A stretch of 63,752 nucleotides of DNA, filler included, from Polymyxa betae A26-41 (Eukaryota > Protista > Endomyxa: Phytomyxea): NCBI GenBank assembly GCA_003693705.1. It is 6 parts of 6 records of this genome, joined end to end, with 100 filler letters (N's around TTAATTAATTAA, not from the genome) between each part and the next. Parts side by side here need not be neighbours in the genome. Positions count along the whole stretch, not along the records: positions 14,285 to 33,683 come from RBZT01000212.1; positions 33,784 to 47,292 come from RBZT01000379.1; 4 more parts are not named here. The stretch is one strand, 5' to 3'. A program made the translations under genes and the position numbers. This document shows, piece by piece, positions 26,305 through 37,830 of this stretch (position 1 is the stretch's first letter; every line of letters begins with the position of its first letter). Below the pieces are notes generated by a model that was not told the DNA's origin, ran no database searches, and saw only the letters and a program-made list of their open reading frames with translations.

Positions 26305-27477
26305 GGGAAACTACTTCTGTCTGTCGACAGATGCGCAGCCTGCTGTCTGTCGGTTCGCAATGGCGGCGAATCATCTTGCTAACAACTCACCTGTTTTGCA
26401 CAAACCATTATACGTCATCAGTTCTATACTGGTGCATGTAAAATTACGCTCAGTTGCTTGCCGTCGCGTTATTCCATAATAACTCAATTTTGTGTAGGGT
26501 TTGGACAGCGCAGTGATCCGTTCATCATTAAAATGAATTTTGCAATTTATGAAAATCCAATCTGTGAACAATTGCAACGACAGCTACAGTCGTGTTAAAA
26601 CAAATACGCAAGTAGTTCAAGTGCATTGAGCTTCATTCAGAAGCTGAATTCTGACAAGGAGAAAGTGTGCGGGGCTCATGAATCCAAACGTTTACTGCGA
26701 AAACGGTGGGCAGTTTCCGGGCAGATGGGTCAAACTCGAGAACCAAGGGGAAAGGGACAAACCCGAGCTGCGAAAATTTAGCCTGCTGCAAATTTCTTCA
26801 GCACTTCATCAGTATTGTTGGACGGCAAGAAACTGAATCTTTAAAAATCATTAAAAAACTGTTTCAAGAACGGCGCGCATATAGCGATTTTTGTCAAGAA
26901 AAATTGAAACTGGTGTATCGTATGTCTTGTAAACAAACGTTATCAAGGTCTGTCGTGTGAGCGATGAGACAGTCGCTACCTGGAAGGTTACATCGACCAT
27001 TGGTGCCGTTCAGAGATTCATGCGATTGTGATTCTTTCCGAACCACCTACATCCCCTGTCGTCACATTTGTTCTGTGGCAATTTCAAGTCAGATCGATCC
27101 TTTCAATGTACTGCTTGCAGTGTTTCAAAAATTGTTAGCTGACATTGACTGACAGGTTTCTCTTCTACCAAATGAATGGCGTCTCTGTAACCATCTCTCT
27201 ATTCTTTAATTATGCGGGAAAATGGCGTTGAGGCAACAGATCATCGTAAAGGATCACGCTGCCCGTTTTTTCAATAAAGTCATACTGAAGCTAAGAGGCC
27301 TAGTGTGCGAACGTCTACCAGACAGAGCAAGATATATACCACAGAGAGGGAGAGACTGGGAGAGAGGGAGAGAGACAGATGGTGCCGCTGCGCATATCTG
27401 CCGACAGACAGCAGGCTGCGCCACCTGTCGACAGATGCGCAGCCCGCTCATCTGTCGACAGACAGAAGTAGTTTCCC
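26305..27477 (+). mobile_element. Non-autonomous Mutator-like element (MULE) with SWIM zinc-finger remnant
   Basis: TIR GGGAAACTACTTCTGTCTGTCGACAGATG at both ends; 9-bp TSD CTCTGAATC (26296-26304, 27478-27486); CDC..IPCRH SWIM motif in ORF 26964-27152; empty site in paralogous DNA at 22627-22635. Confidence 0.93.
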
Positions 27478-27597
27478 CTCTGAATCGCATAGCTACAAGG
27501 TTTAGACCAAGGCATTCGGCATGGAATCGTGATCTTTGTATTTCAATGGTAAAATGAAAAGAGAGTAGTAGATTGTAAACAGCTGGCGACGGGTTTC

Positions 27598-28338
27598 TCA
27601 ATGTCGCTTATGGAATGGAGTCTTCACATATCGCTTACTTGGTTTGTCATGCATTCTTTGATGCGGAGTTCGAATTGGTGCTCTTTGTACCAATTCACTA
27701 TCATGAAGAGTCTGCTTGTAGGATAAATGAGACTTGACGGGATGTGGAGTCTTCACATAACGCTTACTTGTTTTGTCATTGTTAGCCCGAATTCTTGGAT
27801 GAGGAGTTCGAACTGGCGCTTTTCTTACCAAATCTTTATCATGAGGCATCTGCTTATAGGATGACATCTTTATAGTGCGCTTTAAATGAGACTTGACTGG
27901 ATATGGAGTTTTCACAGGTCGACATCTTATAGTTTCTCTTGAAACTGGAATCTTAATGGGGCAGACGGGTCCCCGTTCACTCCTGAAGGGCAGACAGGAA
28001 ACACATTCAGCTTGGAAGGATCGAAGCTGGTGAATCCAGTGGTCGGCGTTGGAGCTCTCTAGCTCAATATAATCGCCAATGAAGTCCATTTCGTCGTAGA
28101 GGTCGATTTGGAATCGGTTTGGAAATGTCTGGTTGACATGTTGCATAGATTTGAAGGGAATCATGATAGATTCAGCCGGGTTCCCATTCTTTCTAGAGTA
28201 TCTCTGGATAAAAAGATGCCCAGGGACTAGGACAACCCTGACATGGCGACGATATCGCCCTGAGCCCAACGCTTTACGAGATGCCAGCAGCATCGTTTCA
28301 GCAGTTGTAGACGATGTTAACGGTAAAGAGGGAGCCAT
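27598..28338 (-). CDS. PH-like domain protein paralogue 3, intact, with duplicated basic C-terminal repeat
   Basis: 246-aa ATG ORF; KTP(Y/H)PVKSHL...RTPH.R...KRYVKTP unit present twice. Confidence 0.65.
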   Translation of the reverse strand: MAPSLPLTSSTTAETMLLASRKALGSGRYRRHVRVVLVPGHLFIQRYSRKNGNPAESIMIPFKSMQHVNQTFPNRFQIDLYDEMDFIGDYIELESSNADHWIHQLRSFQAECVSCLPFRSERGPVCPIKIPVSRETIRCRPVKTPYPVKSHLKRTIKMSSYKQMPHDKDLVRKAPVRTPHPRIRANNDKTSKRYVKTPHPVKSHLSYKQTLHDSELVQRAPIRTPHQRMHDKPSKRYVKTPFHKRH

Positions 28339-29149
28339 AATGAAGAAGGAATATCAATAGTAGAATGAAGACGAGATTCGCTACTAACACAGGCTTAGGT
28401 CTGTTGTGTGCCGGTCGGTCGAACGTTTTAGCCACAAATTCAATTAAGGACGATATTCAGCATTAAATCCAATGGGAAGAGCTTTTATAGATTCGACAGG
28501 CTCCAGATAAATGACGAATCTTCGTTTCGTATCCTACATATCATGCAATTCGTTATTTGTTGAATCGGCACGAATTCCTCTGGATCTAGTGTTTGGCTGT
28601 GATGGATAGTCAGTGCGCCGATAACAAGACAAGTTCGTGGATTCAGGATTGTAGCCGATAATGGAACAATTGCCAAAATGTTGGCTTAAAAGCTGTGAAT
28701 AGCGCCGAGCATGATCAGGATGTGATCAACTTGCAACGATCTGTTGGTCGACCTTTGAAAGTTTCGCCTTGGGTCATAATCCTCGAATTTGGCGGCTTAA
28801 ATGGATTAGGAATACGCCAGTTTCTGATTGCAGTAGGCCTTCGAGATTGCTGGTCATAATCGTGTACTGATACTGGCTTTAACATATCTCCATCTGGTTG
28901 CTCGTCGTCTAGCTTAGTGATCCCTCAACAAATCTTTGTTAGAGAGATCAAGGTTCAAGATTGCAGTGACATTTGGCGCCTCACTTCAAAAACAGGCAGC
29001 TAATGTGCTGCAGAGGTAGTTTAATACGAAGATTCGTCATTTTATCTGGAACTTTTCGAATAGATAAAAGCTCTTCCCATTCGATTCTAATGCTGAAAGA
29101 TCGTCTCCGAATGCTCTTGCCGAAATAACGAACCATTTGAATTTTTGAT

Positions 29150-30700
29150 AACCCCGCCAAAAGAATCGATTCTCCCGCACCTTTCTGGACTGCCGGAGAA
29201 TCGATTCTCCCGAACCTTTCTGGACCCCCCGTAGAATAGTATTGGATGAGTCATGTCAATAAGGATGGCCAAGCTGTCTCGGCTCTATCGATTGTATGCA
29301 TGGTCGTGGAAAAACTGTCCAGCAGGCTGGGCATTGCATGTTCACAGGAAAAGAAGGAGTCCCGCGCCAACCGTTGTTCTTGAGCCAGTTGCTGATCGAT
29401 CTTGCCATTTCTGGCACTACTTCTTCGGAATGCCTGCATCGTTGAATGACATCAACGTTCTCGACCGGTCTCCTTATCGGCCGAAAGTTACCTACAAGGT
29501 TAATAATGGCCATATTTACACAATACCGTTTTGGCTAGCCGATGGAATCGATCGAAATCACCATTGCATTGTCAAAACAATATCCAATCCGACAACACGG
29601 AACCAGGAGCTGTTAACATCAAGGCAGGAAAGCTAGCGTAAAGACATCGAGCGAGCATTTGTGGGATGCTCCAATCACGCTTTCACATCTTGACTTACGT
29701 CATGTAAGTTGTGGTCACGCGATGCAATGCTCTCAGTTATGAAGACTTGCATTCTATTGCATAACTTGATCCTAGATTATGAACAGCAGAGCAATCTGGA
29801 TAGAGAGTGCATACTTGACAAGCGGTTCCAGGCAAAGCATCTTTTCACGGTTAGTGCTCAAAGAGCAGATAATATTGGTTGGAATGAAGAGCGAAGGATG
29901 ATCGAGCTAGCTCGCATTCAGGATGCTGATGTTCATCGAAAACTGCAAGGTGATCTAATAGAGCATTTTTGAAACCACTTACGTCAAACTAAAATCTAAT
30001 TGACTGTGTTGATTTTGATGATTAATGAATGAATTAATTATGGCAAGCCTAAGGCTTTTCTTGCTGCAGGACCGGCTCTTGCTTTTTACGAGTTAAAGCT
30101 AGATCAGCATCCATTGATGCTTCTTCCTGTTTGATTCTGATGTTTAACTCTGAGGAAACGCTGGGCTTCCTCAGAATCAGGTCTTAACGCAAACAAGGAG
30201 AGACTGATTCGTTCATTCTAGAAAGCTGTGCGTGCTTCAGCGTTTTCTGCAATTCGCTTGTAGAAAGCAGTGCGTTCAGCAGACGATGTTGCTTGTACTT
30301 CAAATCACAATTTTTTTGGCAGCTTTCTTTCCAAGCTCAGTGCGAGAGGCCATCTTTAAAGAGCGTTGAGACGAACACGACCCTGGTGCCACGTCCTCAT
30401 CCGGCACGAGAATATGCTCGCCAGTTTCGACGCCTTCTTCATCCTCTTCAACATAAGTGTCTAACAGATGCGCTTTGTCATATTCTTTGTAAGAACTTGG
30501 GCATATTTTTGGCCTCCATCCATGCCTACTATGCCCATTCTTCTGAACTGTTACACATCTGAAGTTCTCAGAGCTGATTCTGTGTATTCCTATCAATATG
30601 GTCATCAACAGGATAGTCGTTCGGATCCCCAATGAATGCCTGAGCAAGTGACTGATGCAATTCTCCAGTATACCTCTTCTCTTTGTAAAGAACATTTAGA
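29150..30700. mobile_element. PIF/Harbinger remnant: Plant_tran-type transposase (+, ~29180-29972) and convergent ORF2 (-, ~30040-30695)
   Basis: WHYFFGMPASLNDINVLDRSP, WLADGI, RKDIERAF, MKTCILLHNLI, LQGDLIEH; ORF2 with LGKKAAK; frameshifted. Confidence 0.85.
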
Positions 30701-30848
30701 GCATAATCATTAGAATCTACATGCTGCTTTACGAACTTGTCTTTGAAAAGTATATTTCGATCATAATATTAATAAATTAATCTGGAAATATATTGATACT
30801 TTTGAATAAGACCTTTGTAGAATATAGATCATTCGTTTTCAATAGAGG

Positions 30849-31393
30849 TAGGGCTCCGATCGGTAGTCTGGGGTCGGGTACCTGCCTACTACCGGTATCG
30901 AATCCGTATCCGGAAAACCGGATACGATACCGGTAGTATCGGCTACAGAAACACGAAATTGGAATAAAGGAGCGGAAACAACTTTTACTGTTCATTTTGT
31001 CAATGCACACTTGCCGAACAGTGATGAACTGAGCGTCTCTGGCTTCAAGGAGTATCTGCGAAGCCCGATCATATCTCGAACTCAGTTAAATATTCTTTCA
31101 ACCGCCACTGATGATTCATTAATGGAAAGAATGTCCTTGGCAACTTTGCTGAGGTTCGAAAAACTGCTTCGGATGGGGTTTCCAGAATTCCAAGGGATCG
31201 ACTGCTGGATGCTCTCAGCGCAAGCTCAGGTACTTATACTTCATCCATTACCTGTTGCTCTGCCACAGTATGGGAAACTATAAATTTCGGTAGTTTTCGG
31301 TACCCGGGCGGATAGCTCCATAGTACCGGTACCCTACCGGTATCCGATCCGAACACCGATATTCGGGTAGTATCCGACAGAGTCGGAGCCCTA
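30849..31393. mobile_element. hAT-type MITE
   Basis: 11-bp TIR TAGGGCTCCGA/TCGGAGCCCTA; 8-bp TSD AATAGAGG (30841-30848, 31394-31401); subterminal TACCGG/ATCCG repeats. Confidence 0.92.
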
Positions 31394-31447
31394 AATAGAG
31401 GTGATTATTTTCAACAATCTCGTCAACGCGAAAAGTATACGGCAAAA

Positions 31448-33400
31448 ATGATAGGTTCCACCACCTTTCCACCACGTTCCACCAGTTCCACCACCGCAAT
31501 CCCGAGAGTGCGTGGGGATGCCACGCAGGAGGCTGCGCCCGCGTCTGTGTCTCGTAGGCGCGAAATTGACATGCCGTTCAAAATGGAATAAATGCGTCGC
31601 AAGCGAGGTCGCGCTACCAGACTTGTGATTACCGAGGCCATGCAGGAGAAAGCCCAAGAAAGAAGTCGAAAAATTGCTGCAAATCATGTAATTGGTGCAT
31701 GGAGGGCGGCGCTCGTTGACTGGCAGTCGCGTTTTGAAAGATCTGAGCAAAGCCCAATACTCGTGTCATTTCGAATCGCTTCAAGATTTTTTAATTATTA
31801 TAGGTGATTGGCAATCGTTAATCATGCTATCCGAGGATGCACCAGAAGGATTCTGCCCTTCAATTAGTGCGGATTCCATTTGCTCATTCATCAAATGGAA
31901 AACAGAACCTGCAGGAGAGCCCATAACATCACGATCCGGTAACCGCCTTTTAAATTGTTTTACTAACTGTGAAATCCTAGCAAGCTGTTCCTGGAAAGCT
32001 CCTATTAATTTAACCCAGTTCTGCTCCGCAATTGCATGCCTTCACCAGCAGCGCAATCAAACCGGAGCGTATGAAGAACCATGCAGTAACTGTTGGGATT
32101 CTTTCCGACGTGATGAGAAGATAGGTTGCCTTCATCATCTTGGAAAGCCTCGTCTCTTCACGCAAAGTAATGTCTGCCTGTCTTTACAGGTTGTGGACTG
32201 TGTAAAACAGGGGCGAGCAGATCGTGAAGGGTACCGCTCTCAAGGAGACTCCCCATTGTCTCCTGATGAGCTGATGAGATTGCGAAAGCATTTATTGTCA
32301 GAAAATACATTAGATGGGTGGCAAGAATATGTGCATATTTTATTTGACATTAAGGTCTTCCTACGAGACGGAGAAGCAGCCGAATTCGGGATAGGCGAGT
32401 GCCGATTTAAACGAGAATTGATTACTTTTGACATTGAAGGCGTGGCATCTATGGTAGCTGTTCGTGTGAAAGGAAAATCGGACAAAGAACCAGTCACATT
32501 ATGCATTTGGAGAGATGACGATATTTCTGAACTGTGCCTTTTACGCCACCTTCTCGCGTATGTTCATCTAGCTGGAAATAAAGAAGGTCAGTTGTTATTT
32601 CCTGATTTAAACAACCGCGACATTCCGATCCAATATTCCACTTTCAATTTTCGTTTGAAGAAGTTATTTCTTAAAGTGACTATCCGCCATGGACCCTGGG
32701 GTACACATTCATTACGAAAAACTGCATACCTACTAGCATCTTGGTGTGGAGCCAGTGATTTGGAACTGATGGCGTCAGCAAGACATAAATCTCATGACGT
32801 CAGTCTAAGATACAAGAAGGATTCACTTACGTTGCTGGAGATAGCCAAGAACAACGGGTAAATCTTTTGCAAAATGTTTATGTGAGAGTTGATGGTTGAT
32901 TCAATTTTCGTAGCAATCAGTTAATGATATCGCAACCAACTTGGCGACCAATATTCGTTGAGCACCTACAACTAGCTGTTTCGCTAAACATCAACTCGTG
33001 ATCTGGTGATAAGCCGATTGAAAGGCTGGCTTCTGATTTTGTGAGAGATTTGACTCGTAAGAATATTATCACACAAAGTCAAACAAATAATGCCGCTGCA
33101 TTGGAAAATGCAATTTTACGTCACGTGTTTTCAGGGACGATCGCTGCAGAGCTCCCAAGTCTGATCTCTCAGATAGTTTGTCCAGATTTGCGTCAAAAAC
33201 TGCAGTGTGTGGTTGGGCGAGCTATTTCAGCCTCGCATGGTTCGGACATTGTAGAAAACGACACAACAGAGAGTGCCCCGGCCCCGGCAATTCCAGAGCA
33301 TCAACCAGAAGTCGTGACAGTAAGAATAAGGCGAACTATATTTATATCATAATTTATTTGACACTATGATAAGCAGGATCGCCCGGAGAAGAGAATGCGC
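31448..33400 (+). mobile_element. Crypton-like tyrosine recombinase gene with introns and nonsense lesions
   Basis: YR catalytic set in ORF 31692-32861: FLRDGE (R), KGKSDK (K), THSLRKTA (HxxR), ARHKS (H), LRY (Y); CxxC..CxxH upstream; intron ~32859-32913; in-frame stops at 31589 and 32999; no RT nearby. Confidence 0.8.
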
Positions 33401-33683
33401 CCGTGAAGGAGAGTTCGACGTTCAGGAAAGAGAACTGATTGTCATGCCCATTGAGCATGACAGTACTCGCAGCCGCCCAGCCGACCACCAGGCAGTCGTA
33501 CTGGCCCTTCCTGAGGGGCTGCGCAGAGGGCTGCGCCCCTGCTGACGATTCCTATAGGGGAAGAGCCCTAACTGTCACGGACTGCGCTCGTCTCCCTACT
33601 ATGAATGGCGAGGAGCGGCCTCCACGCAACCATTCCGATCAACTCCAAAATTCATACGTTTCTCATCTCGTCTCCGACTCTCT

Positions 33684-33783
33684 NNNNNNNNNNNNNNNNN
33701 NNNNNNNNNNNNNNNNNNNNNNNNNNNTTAATTAATTAANNNNNNNNNNNNNNNNNNNNNNNNNNNNNNNNNNNNNNNNNNNN
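33684..33783. other. Artificial contig linker
   Basis: N-TTAATTAATTAA-N, 100 bp. Confidence 0.98.
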
Positions 33784-34307
33784 CAAAACTTTGCCAGAAC
33801 CCCAAAACTTTGCCAGAACCCCAGTGACAATTGGTTTTTTGTAGGCTTTCAGATGAACAAATCGCGAGTGTGATTGAGCTAACTGCAGTACCAAATTCAC
33901 ATATCATAGGGCTGTATAGAGATGTATTCCCGCAATGGTCTGTTGTATCGTATATCTGATCTATTGGTAACATAAACATATGTAGGTTGATGTATCACCG
34001 TCAGCAGTCATGTCCATATGATATCAACTCGGTATTAGCTCGGATATCGTCTTGTATAATGTGTCAGGCGTCTAATGAGGACTGGGCTGATACTGAACAA
34101 TGTAATGTTACTGATGCCAGTACTCATGAAGTCCTTCACATCTGGAGTTTAATTCTTCAGCAGTGAGTCTTATGCTGACTATTTCTTCACTTTGTGATTG
34201 TCCAGTTTCTCGCAAATTTGCTTTTCTATTACGGATATTTGAATTTTTTTTTGTCGTTTACTGGAAAATCTTTTTTTTTTATTGTCGTTTACTGAAATTT
34301 TATCTTA

Positions 34308-34901
34308 TTGTCGTTTTCTGAAAAATTCAACCTTGTATCTGCGGGTATCTCGGCTTACAATGTTGTTAGAGATTTAAAAGTGCGTGGTGAAAAGGTGTCG
34401 ACCTCATCTAATGTTCACAGCCTCATCAAGGATCTTCTATCATCGTTTTTCCGTCGACAGCCGTGCCTCGATGCCGGTTTCATTGCCCATTTCGTCGCTC
34501 TGGTCGTAAGCTCCGAGGACAACACGCTCGCCGTCATCTTCCAGGTCGTGAAACGTTGCCTGCGACAGTACGACGCTCTACCGAACGCCCTGCTGCAACG
34601 AATTTCGTCGTTCGCTCTGTCACCGCTCTGCAACAGCAAACGGCTCTTCTACGGAGACATTCTCGGTCACTCTCCGGAGCTGTTCGTCTTTAACAACGTC
34701 AATCACCTGGCCGTACTGGCTCTCATTCACGACGCGGAATTCCGCAACGTTTCGGAGTCGTCGGATTTCGGCTTTCTGCGTTACCTCGCCCGCGCCCTGT
34801 TCGTTACAGCTCCCAGCATCGTCCAACATCTCGTGGCTTTCACAACTGACATCAATGTGATCAATTTCATCTGTAACGTAAACCTACTGGGAGGTCCGTG
34901 A
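34308..34901 (+). CDS. Hypothetical helical protein fragment
   Basis: 197-aa open frame with coding-like composition; no motif recognised. Confidence 0.3.
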   Translation: MSFSEKFNLVSAGISAYNVVRDLKVRGEKVSTSSNVHSLIKDLLSSFFRRQPCLDAGFIAHFVALVVSSEDNTLAVIFQVVKRCLRQYDALPNALLQRISSFALSPLCNSKRLFYGDILGHSPELFVFNNVNHLAVLALIHDAEFRNVSESSDFGFLRYLARALFVTAPSIVQHLVAFTTDINVINFICNVNLLGGP

Positions 34902-36169
34902 ATTTGGTTCGTCGTTTGTTCGCTGCTAAGAACACGTCGAATGATTTAGACAGACTGCAGAACACGCCATTCTGTGATAATGACGGGTCGCCAGAAGTTC
35001 GTCTTCTGCGGGAGAAGATTTTGGAAAAGTTTCCGCGTCTGGCTTAATTGAGCCTGCTTTAACCAATAATACGCATTGACACAAAACCTTTATTTATATC
35101 TGATCGTTTCTTCTATGATAGATTTCCTTTTGTTTTTTTGGGCTTTCAATTGATGACGTCTTCCGAAATTCTAACTGCAAATTCTTTATCAATTCCTGAT
35201 CTCTTTTCATTGCATTATATCACCGCCATTTGCTCAATAGTCTTACGGACCTCTTTATCGACAACTGAACGTGTCTACCAAAATGCAGTGACGAAGACCT
35301 GCCTGCTCATCTCTAAGCCTTACGGGCTTCTTGTTGCATATCAAGCTCCTGCTTAACGCTCTGGTGTCTAGAATCAAATATCTTCATTGTACTTAGTTTT
35401 CGTCTCTACTCAATCTCTTATCTATTATTGCCAGTTATTCTGGGTCTGATTCACCAATCTCTTATCTCACTTAGTATTATTCTCTTGCGATCCACTTCTT
35501 GTATGGTGATCTCGTTATCTGAATATCACATCGTGCTGGGCTGTGATTACTGGTGACTTTTTCTTGCTCTTTCCATAGTAGTTCTTAGGGTTTGGCATTC
35601 TTATTCCCAAATGAAACATTTAACATTTCTCGATCCGATAAGACTGAAGTGTTAAAAATGAAGGATATTGCCGTTATTGCCGAACCTACTCCCGCCGCCG
35701 GCTCCGGGCGACCCCGCCTGGCCGTCGTACTAGACCACGTTGCTTTCCGCTCTGTCGACATACGGCCGACCCGCGAAGACAGCCGATGACCATTAGTCCG
35801 TCTGGAGCGCCTTCTTCGAGTTACGCCTCATCTCTTGCATGATCGTAATGTTATCGTAGCAAGACTGAAATACACAAAAATCGTTTAACGTTTTTAAAAA
35901 TTCACCGCAACTTTCAAACAAAGCTGCGCGACTGTAGATTTTTGATTATTTTAAGCCAATGTGCGCTTTCTTCATTCCTTTAAATCTGTTGGGCTGAAAG
36001 TCTGGGTTTGTCATGCCTTTCTCTTCGCTGCATAATCTACCCTTTGGGATCCAACTCTCAGCGATATAATCCTTGAGCAGCCAGCCACATCTGAGCGCAG
36101 AATTTCGATGCGTTTTGTCCACGCAAAATCTCGCATCAGACTTTATTGGCCTGAAAATGCTTGGTCAAG

Positions 36170-37830
36170 CGATTCCCTTCCTGATACTGAGTCTCTCAGA
36201 AAGCTTGGCTACATTCAGCTCTGATGTTCCAGTCTCTCTGGATGAGACTCATGTTGGCGCCTCTCCTCTCGACCTTCACGTTACAGACACCAGAGTAACA
36301 TTGCTCTGTCAGAAAAACGTCACATTTCTCTAACATGCATTATAGGAAACGACTCTCTACGATTCATACTCAATCTCTGATCTTTCTGATTTTAACAACT
36401 TCAAAGATTCTGCCTATGATTTTAATATAGATTTTAATGTATGAAATGATTATATAGCTGTGATGGTATACAATTCATTTTTTCTTCAGATATTCAATGA
36501 GAATGAAAGCCATGAAGCATTGGACACTCCACACGATATTGGAACATTCTCAACATCTTTTTTTTACATCATGCAGATTCCTCATCATCTTTATTCCATG
36601 ATACAGATTCCTCAACATCATTTTTATATCATACAGATTCTGTTACTGATTTACCTCCTATTCAGGAAACAATCAATGTAATGTTTCAATATCAAGTATC
36701 ATATCTTAGAAATCGCTAAAACTTTCAAAAGCAGATTGATGGAAATAGTCCTAAAGAGATTCATGTCACTGTCTCTGCTCTCGACCTCCATCATACAGAG
36801 TTCGAAGTATGATTGATCTGTAAGCAAGAAATCGCGTTTCTCTAACATGCGTTATAGGCACTGATCCCCTCTAATTCATATTCAATTGAAAATAACTCGG
36901 AAGTTCCCTATTTCAACAACCTCTTTGATACCTCATATAACCTGGATGTAGATTTTAGTGTATCAAAAAATTCTATAACTGTTATAATATGAAATTGATT
37001 TTTTTTATTCAGATATTCGATGGGAATGAAATTTGTGAAATGCTGGCCACTACACCTGATATTGAAACAACACCAACATCTTTATTACACCATACAGATA
37101 ATGTTACAGATATACCTCCTATTCAGGAAACTATTCATGTAATGTTTCATTAGCAAGTTAAAGCTGGCTGACATTCTCATCATCAGATTGATGGACATAG
37201 TCAGATCACAGACTATCTTAATGAGACTCATGTTACTGTCTCTCCTCTAGACTTCCACGTTACAGACACCAGAGTAACATTGTCAGAAAGAAGTCCCGTC
37301 TTTCTAACATGCATTATAGGAACCGATTCTCTATAATTCATATTCAACCTCTGATCGGTCCGATTTCAACAACTTCATAGATTCTACATTTGATTTTAAC
37401 CTTGATGTTGGTTATAATGTATGAAATGATTATATAACTGTGTTGGTATAAAATTCATTTTTTTTTTAGATATTCAATGAGAATGAAATCCATGAAACAT
37501 CGGACATTCCTGTTGGAGTGTTCGGAACATTCTAGTGGAGTAAGATGGCCGCACCCCGCTCCAGTGGAAACATGCGTGGAACATTCTGTGGACTTTATAT
37601 GTGCGACAAACATATTGAATAAATCAGAGTAGCTATACACACCGAGTGTGAGATTGTGTTGTTTGAGTTTATCGCATCCATCGTCTAGGACTTCGCACCC
37701 AGCATCCCAACAATTCCACCTCATGTTGGAACTTGATCAACATCTTTATTACATCATACAAATAGTGTTACAGATTTACCTCAGGAAACTATCAATGTAA
37801 TGTTTCATCATCAAATCTCACATCTTCAAA
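36170..37830 (+). repeat. Three diverged ~500-bp tandem units, each carrying the same exon/intron pattern
   Basis: GAGACTCATGTT..GTAACA..CTAACATGCATTATAG recurs near 36243, 36756 and 37223, followed by GTAT..TTTTTTCAG and TCAGGAAAC..GTAATG. Confidence 0.8.
37511..37712. mobile_element. Solo LTR (202 bp)
   Basis: TGTTGG...CCAACA termini; 5-bp TSD ATTCC (37506-37510, 37713-37717); absent from the two sister repeat units. Confidence 0.9.
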
